NCBI GenBank assembly: GCA_965279515.1
Contig: CBDIID010000003.1
Span: 1,024,001-1,088,000 of the forward strand
DNA length: 64,000 nucleotides
Reading direction: 5' to 3'
DNA from: Turneriella sp.
GTDB lineage: Bacteria; Spirochaetota; Leptospiria; Turneriellales; Turneriellaceae
Shown piece after piece: positions 10,293 through 20,183 of this stretch; position 1 is the first letter of the stretch; each line of letters starts with the position of its first letter. The notes below the pieces were generated by a model, which had not been told where the DNA came from, ran no database searches, and saw only the letters and a list, made by a program, of their open reading frames with translations. The translations under genes were made by a program, and so were the position numbers.

Positions 10293-10513
10293 GGGCTCTT
10301 CATTACATCATCGACGGCAGAAAGGACGCTCTTAAATTTTTCAAATTGCTCGTAACTTAAGGCAACGCCTTTCTTGGTCGGCGCCAGCTCGCCCGCCTCG
10401 TTGGTATACCAGGTGCGTATATGCAGCAGCTTCTTACCCTTGAATTCCCCGACCTCAACGCGGATGACTTCGCCGCGTCCCTTTTCAATATCGATCAATA
10501 CTTTATTTTCCAT
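10289..10513 (-). CDS. PC4/YdbC-family ssDNA-binding protein (transcriptional coactivator p15-like)
   Basis: EFKGKKLLHIRTWY...GELAPTKKGVAL PC4 signature. Confidence 0.88.
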   Translation of the reverse strand: MENKVLIDIEKGRGEVIRVEVGEFKGKKLLHIRTWYTNEAGELAPTKKGVALSYEQFEKFKSVLSAVDDVMKSP

Positions 10514-10521
10514 GGTACATC

Positions 10522-11514
10522 CTATAAGGGTAAAACGGGAATCTTTTTCTTCAGGTTACCCTTGATTTTTCTTGTAATCGCCCCCCTGAAATCGGCGGCA
10601 AAGGTTTTGGCGAGTTTTGCCTCAGGTGCAAGCGTCTTAAAACTGAAACTGAAGAGCCCGGGGCTGTCTTCGACCATCGGCCACATATTTTCCGGTGTGA
10701 GTTTCAGGAGCGGCATATTATAAAGCGGTTCTCCCGTCAGCTTCATGTGCCTGAGATCGATGGCAGTATAAAGTGTCCAGTCGCCGCGGCGGATATCCGC
10801 TGAAATGCGGAGCTCTGCATCGCCGGCAAGCACCCTGAACTTTTTGCTGCTCAACTTTGTGTGCTTTTCGAGGCGATTGAGTTTCACCGTTGCCATAATC
10901 TCGCCGTCGCTGAGGCGCATCGCCTCGGTACCCTTTACGAAGGCCAGTGCAATTTTTTTTGCATCAGCGGAGAGCCTCGCATTTTCGGCGTGCATCTTTT
11001 CAAATTGCACCACGGTCGCGCCGTGTTCATTCTCACGCACCGAAAAAATCGTTTGGATAGTGACATCGCCCACCTCAGGAACGGGCACAATGCCGTCGCT
11101 GACCTGCACCTTAAGCCCCTCAGGCCCCACCCCGTCGCCGAGGCGGAGATCCGGCTTATCGCCCGGCTTCACGAAGCAGCCGCGCCTCAGCGCATCGCTC
11201 TTCACGGTGACCGCCTTTACCTGGAGTTCCGTGAGTTTACGCTCTTTCAGCCGGAATTTGCCCGTCGCTTCGGCGACCTCGAGCACCACCTTGCCTTCGC
11301 AGGTGGTGCCGGGCTTGCCCATCACCTTCGCGCCCGTCATCACAAAAGCCTGGTTGAGAAACGAGACTGACAGCTTTTCGACGGTAATCTCTTTCGGCAG
11401 GCGCGAGAGCAGATATGCCTCGACACGGAAAATAAACCACAGCAGCAGCGCCGTGACGATGACGGCAAACGAAGCGACAAAAAGTTTAAGATAAAAACGG
11501 AAACGGGATTTCAC
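10522..11514 (-). CDS. Hypothetical membrane-anchored beta-rich protein (AsmA-like?)
   Basis: N-terminal TM followed by a beta-strand-rich body; sits in an operon. Confidence 0.55.
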   Translation of the reverse strand: MKSRFRFYLKLFVASFAVIVTALLLWFIFRVEAYLLSRLPKEITVEKLSVSFLNQAFVMTGAKVMGKPGTTCEGKVVLEVAEATGKFRLKERKLTELQVKAVTVKSDALRRGCFVKPGDKPDLRLGDGVGPEGLKVQVSDGIVPVPEVGDVTIQTIFSVRENEHGATVVQFEKMHAENARLSADAKKIALAFVKGTEAMRLSDGEIMATVKLNRLEKHTKLSSKKFRVLAGDAELRISADIRRGDWTLYTAIDLRHMKLTGEPLYNMPLLKLTPENMWPMVEDSPGLFSFSFKTLAPEAKLAKTFAADFRGAITRKIKGNLKKKIPVLPL

Positions 11515-11523
11515 GCGCGCATC

Positions 11524-11856
11524 TCAACCCGGAGGCCAGCCCATATGGCGCCCGGAGAGAATATGCCAGTGCAGGTGATAGACGGTCTGCCCGCCGTGCT
11601 CCCCGGTATTGGAGACGAGGCGGAAGCCCTTTTCAAGCTTCTCGTCCGCGACGATCTTGCGCATCGCCGCAAGCATGTGTATTGCGGTATCGTCTGCCAG
11701 ATCCAGGATATTTTCCATGTGCGTCCGGGGGATGAGGAGTATGTGTGTGGGTGCAACGGGATTGATGTCGCGGAAGGCAAGCACGTGCTCGTCTTCATAG
11801 ACTATTTTCGCGTGGATTTTTTTCTCCGCGATCTTGCAGAACAGGCAATCACTCAT
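11524..11856 (-). CDS. hinT: Histidine triad nucleotide-binding protein
   Basis: DCLFCKI, FRDINPVAPTH, GQTVYHLHWHILSGR, WPPG. Confidence 0.95.
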   Translation of the reverse strand: MSDCLFCKIAEKKIHAKIVYEDEHVLAFRDINPVAPTHILLIPRTHMENILDLADDTAIHMLAAMRKIVADEKLEKGFRLVSNTGEHGGQTVYHLHWHILSGRHMGWPPG

Positions 11857-13384
11857 ATGGCTCCTCAGCGTGGTTCATCCGTTTCTCGACAATGCCGGGC
11901 CGGATGCCGAGCATCTCGTAGCGTTGCTCTTCGTAGTAAAGAAGAATATCGCGCGCACCGATACGGCCGAGTTCGCCCTCGACATAGGGGCTGCCGTAGA
12001 GCTGGATTATCTTCTCGGCGCGCCGCATCTCTGCCCATTCGCCTCCCATTTTTGTCGGGTTGGAATTTTTGCCCTTTGAAAACTGGAGAATCTGCACATT
12101 GCCGCGCGCCTGCGGGTGCGCTTTTGTCGTTGCCCGGGTAACACTCGCGCCCAGGATCTCGGCCGTCGGTTCCATCTTCTTATTATGCAGGATCGTCCGC
12201 GTACGGGCATTTTTGCGCGCCGTCAGAGACATATACCCCGAGGCCTTAACCCATTCGAAAAAATCGCCGTACGATTTACTGTTCTCCTCACGGTTGATGA
12301 GAATAACGTGATCCTTTCCTTTCACGAGCTCGCCGCCGGAACCGAAGATCTCTGCCTCGTCGCTGTAGGCAGAATATTTTTTCCGTTCGAGTGAAACTTT
12401 TTTCCGCAGCGTGAGTTTCTGTCCGTACGGCAGGTCTTCACGCTGGATAAGCGTGCCCTCTTCCGAGCGAACCGCAGAATCCACGGGATTTTTAGCGGCG
12501 GCAGATTTCTTTTTCGCGGGCGCAGATTCGGGATCTTCTTCCCCGTCGGGCCGGCTGAAATAAGCGCGCACATGGCCGTGAAAATCGGCCGTATTCGTGG
12601 CGATATTCCACTGGATCGAATCGGCAAGAAAAAGATCGGCGGCTGTGAAGATCCGCGGATTGGATTCGGAGCGCATCAGGTCTTCAGGCTCGATAAACTC
12701 CGCCTGGTTGGCATAGAGCACGCTGTTTTCAGATGTTGCCACGACATTGCCGCGGGCAATCGAAACCGAGGTCTCAAAATTCCTTTCCATTTCATGCGAA
12801 GTGATAGTAATTTTTTCTTTCTTGGCACCTTTCGCGGATTTTTTTTTGTTCTTCACTTTCGCCACAAGCCGGGCATTACCCCGGACGACCGCACGGTTCT
12901 CGGCGCGTATAAAGAGCGCTTCGTCGGCGTTGATTCGCGTGTCGTCGCGCGTATCGATAATCTCGACCGGGCCCCTGGCATAGGCATAACGCCCGTCGTC
13001 GCCATAGATTTCGATGTGCGGCGAAGCCATGCGCAGGTTTTTCGAAGAAACCTTCGCGTGGCCTTTGAGACGCATGATTGTATCATTTTTTTTCTCAAAA
13101 GGATTCATGCCCGTTTCTTTGACAAATTCGTCGCCGCTGAAGTTGAAACGGCCGCTTTTCTTTTTGGTGTTTTTTTTCATCGCCGGCGGTTGCGACTTCA
13201 GACTACCGGGCTTCTCCGACGGTTTTCCGGCTTCGGGTATTTCGGGTTTGTTTTCAGGCGGCAGAATTTCTGCCGCGGCAACAGGTTTTGTTTCGGCTTC
13301 TGCGGCTATACGCACCTGTTTACTGCCGCAAGCGATGAGCACAACGCCAACCGCGAGCCCCAGTAGAAGACGCTTACAGATCAT
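11849..13384 (-). CDS. LptA/OstA-family beta-jellyroll lipoprotein
   Basis: Lipobox LIAC and repeated OstA-like units ('ARGNV', 'LYANQAEF', 'LYGSPYV'). Confidence 0.7.
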   Translation of the reverse strand: MICKRLLLGLAVGVVLIACGSKQVRIAAEAETKPVAAAEILPPENKPEIPEAGKPSEKPGSLKSQPPAMKKNTKKKSGRFNFSGDEFVKETGMNPFEKKNDTIMRLKGHAKVSSKNLRMASPHIEIYGDDGRYAYARGPVEIIDTRDDTRINADEALFIRAENRAVVRGNARLVAKVKNKKKSAKGAKKEKITITSHEMERNFETSVSIARGNVVATSENSVLYANQAEFIEPEDLMRSESNPRIFTAADLFLADSIQWNIATNTADFHGHVRAYFSRPDGEEDPESAPAKKKSAAAKNPVDSAVRSEEGTLIQREDLPYGQKLTLRKKVSLERKKYSAYSDEAEIFGSGGELVKGKDHVILINREENSKSYGDFFEWVKASGYMSLTARKNARTRTILHNKKMEPTAEILGASVTRATTKAHPQARGNVQILQFSKGKNSNPTKMGGEWAEMRRAEKIIQLYGSPYVEGELGRIGARDILLYYEEQRYEMLGIRPGIVEKRMNHAEEPYE

Positions 13385-14690
13385 CGGATGTTATCAGCCG
13401 CACCGTGCGGCTGTTCGTGACATAACCGTACATCCACAAAATCATGACGGCAAAACGGTTACGGAAACCCACCAGGTAGAGAATATGGATGAGCGACCAC
13501 ATCAGCCAGGCGATGAGGCCGGTAAAATGCGCGCGGCCGATTTTCGCCACGGCGCGGCCGCGGCCAATCGTCGCCATCGAACCCTTGTCCCAGTAATGGA
13601 AAGGCGGGATGGATTTTTGTTTGAGTTCGGCTTTGATCTTTTTCGCGAGATATTGCCCCTGCTGTATCGCCACGGGTGCAATACCGGGCAGAGGTTGTCC
13701 CGTGGCCGTTTCAATACAATGCGCCGCATCGCCGATGACAGAGATCTCGGGATATTCCGCCAGCGACAGATCAGAACCGACGACAGCGCGCCCTGCGCGG
13801 TCGAGCGGCGTGCCCAGGGTTTTCAGCAGGGTTGCGGCAGTATTACCCGCCGCCCAGAATATATTGGCGGTGGAAACAAGTTCATCGCCGATCTGCACGC
13901 CGTCGAACATGACATTCTTCACTGCCACGCCGGTTCTCACTTCAACCCCAAGCCGCGTCAAAGCCTTCTCGGCGCTCTTGCCGAGCGACCCCGGAAACGC
14001 CATCAGCAGGTGTTCGCCACCTTCCACAAGTATAATGCGCGTCGTATCGGGGTTAATCCCCCGGAATTCTTTGCGCAGCGTATGGTGCGCAATCTCGGCA
14101 ATCGAGCCTGCCAGTTCAACCCCGGTCGGCCCGCCGCCGACGATGACGAATGTCAGGAGCTTTGTCAGCTCTGCTTTGTCTTCTTTGCCGATCGCCAGCA
14201 TCGCCTCGGCCTTCTCGAAAGTCGCGAGAATTTTCTGGCGGATGCGCAGCGCGTCGGCGAGGTTTTTAAGCCCGGGCGCATTTTTCTCCCACTCATTACG
14301 CCCGAAATAGGAATGGCGTGCTCCCGCGGCAATGACGAGGCGGTCATAAGAGAATTCATCTCCCGAAACCAGGCGGATTTTTTTCTCCTTCGGTAATATA
14401 TCACCCACGCGGTTCATCAGCACACGCACGTTTTTCTGCGAACGGAAGATAGCCCGAAGCGGCATCGCAATATGCCCCGGCGACAGCGCGGCAGTGGCGA
14501 CCTGGTACAGCAGCGGCTGAAAAAGATGGTGGTTCGCCTTATCGATCAGAGTGATATTGATATCGGCCCGCCCCAGGCGCTTGGCCAGAGTCAGGCCGCC
14601 AAAACCACCGCCGACAATCACGAGGTGCGGTTTATCAAAACCGGCATCTTCGGGATGAGCGGCTATGGGGGGCCAGTTATTCCCGGGCAT
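13374..14690 (-). CDS. ndh: Type II NADH dehydrogenase
   Basis: GGGFGG, HLFQPLLYQVAT, VGGGPTGVELAG, YWDKGSMATIGR. Confidence 0.93.
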   Translation of the reverse strand: MPGNNWPPIAAHPEDAGFDKPHLVIVGGGFGGLTLAKRLGRADINITLIDKANHHLFQPLLYQVATAALSPGHIAMPLRAIFRSQKNVRVLMNRVGDILPKEKKIRLVSGDEFSYDRLVIAAGARHSYFGRNEWEKNAPGLKNLADALRIRQKILATFEKAEAMLAIGKEDKAELTKLLTFVIVGGGPTGVELAGSIAEIAHHTLRKEFRGINPDTTRIILVEGGEHLLMAFPGSLGKSAEKALTRLGVEVRTGVAVKNVMFDGVQIGDELVSTANIFWAAGNTAATLLKTLGTPLDRAGRAVVGSDLSLAEYPEISVIGDAAHCIETATGQPLPGIAPVAIQQGQYLAKKIKAELKQKSIPPFHYWDKGSMATIGRGRAVAKIGRAHFTGLIAWLMWSLIHILYLVGFRNRFAVMILWMYGYVTNSRTVRLITSDDL

Positions 14691-14705
14691 GCGCTACTGG
14701 GCGTT

Positions 14706-15587
14706 TCAGAAATAGCCCGGCAAGAGGCTATTGTATTTTTTGCGCAGTGCCGCGGGGCGTTTATCGGGCGCCGTCATGATACCGAATTTCACGGAACCTG
14801 TTAGAGTATTGAGGCTGCCTTTTTTGGCGATGAGGCCCGCCATCGCAGCCTTCAGCACACGCTGTGCATTTTCAGAATTTTTTTTCACGACGGCCATGAC
14901 CTCTTCAACGGTCACTGCATGGTCATGGTCGCGCCAGGAATCGTAGTCAGTCGCCATACAGATCATCTGGTATGGCAGTTCGAGCTCGCGCGCGAGCTTC
15001 GCTTCAGGCAACACGCTCATATTGATGATGCCCGCGCCCCAGGATTTATAGAGTTTTGATTCGGCGCGCGTCGAGAACTGTGGTCCCTCCATACAGATCA
15101 GGGTCTCGTTTTCATGGTGCGGCAGGTTGAGGCTCTGGATCGCCTGCTTCAGAATCGCAGCCAGCCCGGCATCCATAGGGTCGCCAAAGGAGACGTGCAC
15201 AACAATACCTTCATCAAAATAGGTGTCGCGGCGGTGGCGCGTGCGGTCGATGATCTGGCTCGGCAGCACAAAATGCCCCGGTGGGATTTCCTCTTTAAGA
15301 GAACCTACTGCCGAAAAGGCCACCACGGCTTCACAGCCGAGCATTTTCAGCGCCGCGAGATTGGCATGCGCCGGTATCTTCGTCGGCGGAATAAAGTGGC
15401 CCTTGCCGTGGCGCGGTAAAAAAGCCAGTGTTAAAGACTTACCACCCTCTTCATAAGAAGCCAGAGTAATTTCGTCGGAGGGATTGCCCCAGGGCGTTTT
15501 CACGCGGATCTTTTCAATAATTTTCATGCCTTCGACGCCATAGACGCCGGTGCCGCCGATGATGCCAATATCTGCCTTGTGTTTCAT
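14706..15587 (-). CDS. mtnP: S-methyl-5'-thioadenosine phosphorylase
   Basis: IGIIGGTG, FLPRHG, MEGPQFSTRAES, ATDYDSW. Confidence 0.93.
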   Translation of the reverse strand: MKHKADIGIIGGTGVYGVEGMKIIEKIRVKTPWGNPSDEITLASYEEGGKSLTLAFLPRHGKGHFIPPTKIPAHANLAALKMLGCEAVVAFSAVGSLKEEIPPGHFVLPSQIIDRTRHRRDTYFDEGIVVHVSFGDPMDAGLAAILKQAIQSLNLPHHENETLICMEGPQFSTRAESKLYKSWGAGIINMSVLPEAKLARELELPYQMICMATDYDSWRDHDHAVTVEEVMAVVKKNSENAQRVLKAAMAGLIAKKGSLNTLTGSVKFGIMTAPDKRPAALRKKYNSLLPGYF

Positions 15588-15611
15588 ACCTCTCCTCCGC
15601 GCAAAGCGCCG

Positions 15612-15693
15612 ACCCTCCCCACTACGTGGAAAGGGTAGTAAGCCAATTTTTCCCCCCTCTCCACATTTGTGGGGAGGGGGACAGGGGGTGGGG
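15612..15693. repeat. Tandem CCCTCTCC/GGGAGGGG-type REP-like hairpins
   Basis: ACCCTCCCCAC-TAC-GTGGAAAGGGT, then CCCCCTCTCCACA-TT-TGTGGGGAGGGGG followed by ACAGGGGGTGGGG. Confidence 0.65.
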
Positions 15694-17187
15694 TTAACCT
15701 ACCAACTGTCTTGCGACTTCAGTTAAAAGCCGTACACCATATCCGCTGCCCGACGCCGTGTAAACATTGAAGGGCTTCTTGATCATGCCGACGCCGGCGA
15801 TGTCGAGGTGCACCCACATCTGGCCGTCGTCGATAAATGCGTGCAGAAATTCGGCCGCTGTCGATGCACCGCCATACCTGCCGCCGATGTTGTTGAGATC
15901 AGCAATGTCGGAATTCAGCAATTCACGGTAGCGCTTGCCGACGGGCAAGGCCCAGACCGGCTCGAGCGATTCCGCCGCCGCCTTTTCGAGGAGTGCACGC
16001 GCGGTGGCATTGTTCGAAAACAGGCCGGCATAAAAATCGCCGAGCGCAACAACGCAGGCGCCGGTGAGCGTCGCCATGTCGATGACCACCTCAGTCTTAT
16101 AATGCTTCTGAACATACGTCAACGCGTCGGCGAGAATCAGCCGCCCCTCCGCATCAGTGTTCTGCACCTCGACGGTCTGGCCATTGAGCGCTGTGTAGAC
16201 ATCCCCCGGCTTAAACGCCGTGCCCGAAGGCATATTCTCAACCATCGCCACCGCACAGACGACATTGACATGCAGCTTCTGCTCGGCGATCGACGCCAGC
16301 GCATGCATCGCCATCGCGCTGCCTGACATGTCGTATTTCATCTCGTGCATGTCGCCGCCGGGTTTCAGGGAAATGCCGCCGGTATCGAAGGTCACACCTT
16401 TGCCGACGAGGCCTAGCGTTTTCTTCGCCTGCGGATGGCGGTACTCCAGTATAATGAGGCGCGGTTCGCGCGCCGAACCTTCGGCGACGGCGATAATACC
16501 GCCGGCCCCCATCTGGCGTAATTCTTTCATACCGTAGGATTTCATCTTGAGCGAGTATGTGCGCGCGAGGGCGGCGGCGCGTGTCTCCATTGTCTGCGGC
16601 GTCAGGTAATTTCCCGGCAGCGCCTGGGTTTGCCGCATGGCATTGATATGCCGCGCCTCGATGAGCGCCGAGGCCAGAATCGTTTCGGCGACTGACAGGA
16701 AATTGGCGGGCACCACGACACGGGTCTCTTTCACCTTCACTTTTTTGCGGTTCTTTTCGGCCTTGAGTAAGTCCGAAGGGTATTCGGCATTGCCCTGTGC
16801 TACGGCGAGTAACCTTAACGCCGAACGCAATCCCACTTTTTCATATGTCTCACGGTCGATGACGATATCGTAGACGTCGAGTTTTGCCGCCGCCTTTTGC
16901 AGCGCCGCTGCGACGGTATCGGCGAAAATCTCGGCGTCGAGTTTCTTCAGGTCGCCGAGGCCGACGAAGATGCCCTGTTTCAGGAATGTCGTCTCACCCG
17001 GGTCGGCCTTAAAGTATGCCGGCAAATCGCCGATGCCGGCCAGTTCGCCCTGCGTGATGAAGCGGACCTGCGGGCGTTTTGGGTCGCTCTTGGCGACGGC
17101 CCCGCAGCGGAGCTTATGCGGATATTCGAGAATATTTTTGTTATCGGACGCGCTTTTTTTAGCGGTTAGTTTTTTTTTGGCGGGCAT
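15694..17187 (-). CDS. pepA: Leucyl aminopeptidase (M17)
   Basis: VGKGVTFDTGGISLK, MKYDMSG, NTDAEGRL, ATLTGA. Start at the ATG at 17187. Confidence 0.93.
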   Translation of the reverse strand: MPAKKKLTAKKSASDNKNILEYPHKLRCGAVAKSDPKRPQVRFITQGELAGIGDLPAYFKADPGETTFLKQGIFVGLGDLKKLDAEIFADTVAAALQKAAAKLDVYDIVIDRETYEKVGLRSALRLLAVAQGNAEYPSDLLKAEKNRKKVKVKETRVVVPANFLSVAETILASALIEARHINAMRQTQALPGNYLTPQTMETRAAALARTYSLKMKSYGMKELRQMGAGGIIAVAEGSAREPRLIILEYRHPQAKKTLGLVGKGVTFDTGGISLKPGGDMHEMKYDMSGSAMAMHALASIAEQKLHVNVVCAVAMVENMPSGTAFKPGDVYTALNGQTVEVQNTDAEGRLILADALTYVQKHYKTEVVIDMATLTGACVVALGDFYAGLFSNNATARALLEKAAAESLEPVWALPVGKRYRELLNSDIADLNNIGGRYGGASTAAEFLHAFIDDGQMWVHLDIAGVGMIKKPFNVYTASGSGYGVRLLTEVARQLVG

Positions 17188-17284
17188 GGTTGCCAACCCG
17201 AGTCTCAAATCCGATTAACGCGAAAAGGAAAAAGAAATCCGGTAAAAGGATAGGCGGCCTGTATTCGCCGTGCGGCTTTGCCGT

Positions 17285-17893
17285 ATGCGCCGCATCCGCG
17301 CTCAGGCGGGTTTTACTCTCATCGAACTCATGGTCGTACTTGTGATTGGCGGCTCGCTGCTGCTTCTGGCGTATAACCTGCTAACCAGTTTTATGCAGGC
17401 TCGCCTTTCGGGTAACCAGGATATCGCCTTCGAGGGCTATTTCCAGGACGCGCGGCGGCAGGCTCTCATCATGGCAAAAACGCTGACCCTCGAAGTGAAC
17501 CTCGAAAAAAAGACCTTCGGCCTCAGGGAATACGACTCGCGCCTTGAACTGAGTCCCGACGCGGCATTGCAACAGCTTGCCGACGTAAAACGCTACCGTT
17601 ATGAACGAGAGCGCGACAAAGAAAAAGAGAAAGAAGAGGCGCCGAAGCCCAAATGGGTCAACCGGGAGCAGAAGTTGCCGACGGTACTCAGGAAAATTCT
17701 CTCGAGCTCGGGTCTCGAACTTGCTGGCCCCATTATCTGGATCCATTTTTATCCGACGGGAAACTCCGATTCTGTCATTCTGCAGTTCGGTGAAACGAAT
17801 CCGAACTTCGTCTACATACCGCGCTACAACCTGGCGCCTGTTCACCTGAATGAAATCCGCATGTTTGAGCGCCAACGGGTGGTGCAGCGGTGA
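17285..17893 (+). CDS. Prepilin-type protein, T2SS minor pseudopilin GspH-like
   Basis: G|FTLIELMVVL class III signal peptide and an 'IHFYPTG' GspH-like motif. Confidence 0.75.
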   Translation: MRRIRAQAGFTLIELMVVLVIGGSLLLLAYNLLTSFMQARLSGNQDIAFEGYFQDARRQALIMAKTLTLEVNLEKKTFGLREYDSRLELSPDAALQQLADVKRYRYERERDKEKEKEEAPKPKWVNREQKLPTVLRKILSSSGLELAGPIIWIHFYPTGNSDSVILQFGETNPNFVYIPRYNLAPVHLNEIRMFERQRVVQR

Positions 17894-18387
17894 AGCTCAT
17901 ACGCGCATTCAGAAAATACGTCGTGCACAAGCGGCGGCGCGGCTTTACGCTCATCGAAGTTCTCATGGCAATGATGCTGACTGCGTCGCTCAGCGGCCTG
18001 ATCATCGGCAGCCTCGTCAATGCCATGGCGATGCGGCAGAAGGCATTGAGTCTTAACCGCGCGATTACTCTCGCGAAGAAAAAAATGCACGAAATTAAGG
18101 CGCTCAACAAAACCGACAGCGGGCGCGGCGACTTTAAAGACGTACCGGGTTACCGCTTCGAGTACCTGATCCGCGAGCAGGAACTCGACCTGCAGAAGAT
18201 AGCCGACGAAATGGGCGCGGGCAAAGAGGTCGCCAACAGCGCGGCAGCGAAATATTTTAAAGACCGCAACACATCGGCGAAGAGCGCCACGGGTCTGACA
18301 TTCAAACTTTTGCACTTCCACGTCGACGTCTCCTGGAACGATAAAGACAAGTACTCGCTCGACTATTACCGCGGGCTCGGAATATGA
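17890..18387 (+). CDS. Prepilin-type protein, GspI-like
   Basis: RRRG|FTLIEVLMA; 4-bp overlap with the previous gene. Confidence 0.75.
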   Translation: MKLIRAFRKYVVHKRRRGFTLIEVLMAMMLTASLSGLIIGSLVNAMAMRQKALSLNRAITLAKKKMHEIKALNKTDSGRGDFKDVPGYRFEYLIREQELDLQKIADEMGAGKEVANSAAAKYFKDRNTSAKSATGLTFKLLHFHVDVSWNDKDKYSLDYYRGLGI

Positions 18388-19013
18388 AACGCCGCGGTTT
18401 TACTCTCGTCGAGCTGCTCATCGTCATCGGCCTCGCGGGGTTTATCTTCACCACGCTCATGGCTGTCTACATGCAGGTGAAAAAGTTGTCTTATGACCAG
18501 ACGCGCGTCTCAAGCCAGTCGTCGGCCGTCATCGAGCTCGGCGTCGCCATCAGCTATGATCTCGAAAACCTGATCTTTGAAAAGTATAATGTCCGCCAGG
18601 TCTTCAGCGTAGAGAAGGAACTGCACGGGGGCAAACGTTTTGATGCGTTTGTATTTCCCTCCGCGGCGCTCAACGCGAACCCCTCGGTACTCCAGGCGCG
18701 CAGCTTCATGGTATCTTATTTTGTCGAACGCAATCCGAACGGGCAGGATTATACGCTGTACCGCGCCGAAGACATGTACATCGACTATAAGAACCTGTTC
18801 CGCGGCGTCGCTGTGCCGATGCTTAAATTCATCGACGAATTCAAGGTCGAAGGTTCGAACAACGGCATTGATTATGAAGAGACCTGGGATTACAAGACGC
18901 GGCGGCAGATTCCCCGCTATATCAGGGCGACGATCCGTTACCGCCCGAGCGAACTTTCTAACGAAATCAGCGAATATGTCATCGACGTACGCCCGCCGAT
19001 ACTCTGGAACTGA
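18384..19013 (+). CDS. Prepilin-type protein, GspJ-like
   Basis: KRRG|FTLVELLIV and a C-terminal 'WD.....IPRYIR' GspJ-like motif. Confidence 0.75.
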   Translation: MKRRGFTLVELLIVIGLAGFIFTTLMAVYMQVKKLSYDQTRVSSQSSAVIELGVAISYDLENLIFEKYNVRQVFSVEKELHGGKRFDAFVFPSAALNANPSVLQARSFMVSYFVERNPNGQDYTLYRAEDMYIDYKNLFRGVAVPMLKFIDEFKVEGSNNGIDYEETWDYKTRRQIPRYIRATIRYRPSELSNEISEYVIDVRPPILWN

Positions 19014-20177
19014 TCAGAGGCGCCAGAGTTCGCCCAGCAGGCTGTCGGTGAATTTCAACCCGAGATGGCTCTGCACATAGGTTTGATTCCTGCGTTCAAA
19101 CCAGCCCTTCTCCACAGCGCTCTCAAGAATGCGCAGTGCGTCGCGGCGCTGACCCCCGTCTGCAAACATGGCCAGAATGCGGTTCGCGTGAAATGGCCGT
19201 TTGAGGCGTAAGAGGTTGATGAGCTGGTCGCGCTCCGAAACCCCGGTATCCTCATCGCCTGAACTGCCTGCGAGGTATTTTTCCAGCGACCGCGCATGGA
19301 AGAGCCGCCGCCGCCCGGTAAAACCATGCGCCGACACGCCGAGGCCCAGGTAAGGCCTGCCTGTCCAGTAGATGAGGTTATGCAGGCAGGATTTATCGCC
19401 GTGGCAAAAATTAGAAATCTCATAGCGGGTGAAATCCTGCTTTTCCAGGTGCTGAATCGCTGCTTCCATCTGCCGCACCTGCTGCGTATCGCTGGGTCTC
19501 ACCAGGGCCTTCGCTTCGATGCGCTGCTTGAGCAATGTACCCGTCTCGACCGTCAGCTGGTAGAGCGAGACGTGGTTTACGCCCTCGCCCAGGGCAAAAT
19601 CGAGATCTGCCAAAGTGCTGCGTACGCTTTGTCCGGGAACGCCGGTAATAAAGTCGGCGTTGAAGTTTAAAAAGCCAGCGGCGCGGACACGTTTCAGCAC
19701 TGCGCTGTAAGCAGCGGGGTTATAGAGGCGGCCCAGGTACTTGAGCACCGGCTCATCGAGGCTCTGCATACCGACACTGATACGGTTCACTCCCGCCTGC
19801 CGCCAGGCGCCGAGAATATCTTCCGTCAACGATTCCGGGTTGGCTTCGGCGCTGATTTCAAGTACGGGGCGACGCAACGGAAAAATTTCCGTAACTGCAC
19901 GGATCACCTGCTCGACCACAAAGCCGGGGGCTTTCGACGGGGTACCTCCGCCAAAAAAGACCGATGCCAGAACAGGGTTCGGCGTATCTTCTTTCAGCGA
20001 TGCGAATTGACGGTTCAGATCTTCGAGCAGGCGGTCAAGGTAGCGGCGCCAGAAAGTATCATCGACGTGGCGGTTGGCCAGCGAATAAAAATCGCAATAG
20101 GCACATTTGACGTCGCAGAATGGCAGGTGCACATAGACGCCGCAAAGACGCCCTCTCTGGCCGCGGCGCGGCTTCAC
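19014..20177 (-). CDS. hemW: Radical SAM heme chaperone HemW (HemN-like)
   Basis: YVHLPFCDVKCAYCDF, FGGGTPS, YEISNF, HNLIYW. Confidence 0.9.
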   Translation of the reverse strand: MKPRRGQRGRLCGVYVHLPFCDVKCAYCDFYSLANRHVDDTFWRRYLDRLLEDLNRQFASLKEDTPNPVLASVFFGGGTPSKAPGFVVEQVIRAVTEIFPLRRPVLEISAEANPESLTEDILGAWRQAGVNRISVGMQSLDEPVLKYLGRLYNPAAYSAVLKRVRAAGFLNFNADFITGVPGQSVRSTLADLDFALGEGVNHVSLYQLTVETGTLLKQRIEAKALVRPSDTQQVRQMEAAIQHLEKQDFTRYEISNFCHGDKSCLHNLIYWTGRPYLGLGVSAHGFTGRRRLFHARSLEKYLAGSSGDEDTGVSERDQLINLLRLKRPFHANRILAMFADGGQRRDALRILESAVEKGWFERRNQTYVQSHLGLKFTDSLLGELWRL

Positions 20178-20183
20178 TTGTGC

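Noticed and set aside
13014..14396. 460-aa plus-strand ORF
   Set aside because: Antisense shadow of ndh and the lptA-like gene, with no recognisable motifs. The same applies to the many other antisense ORFs in the track.
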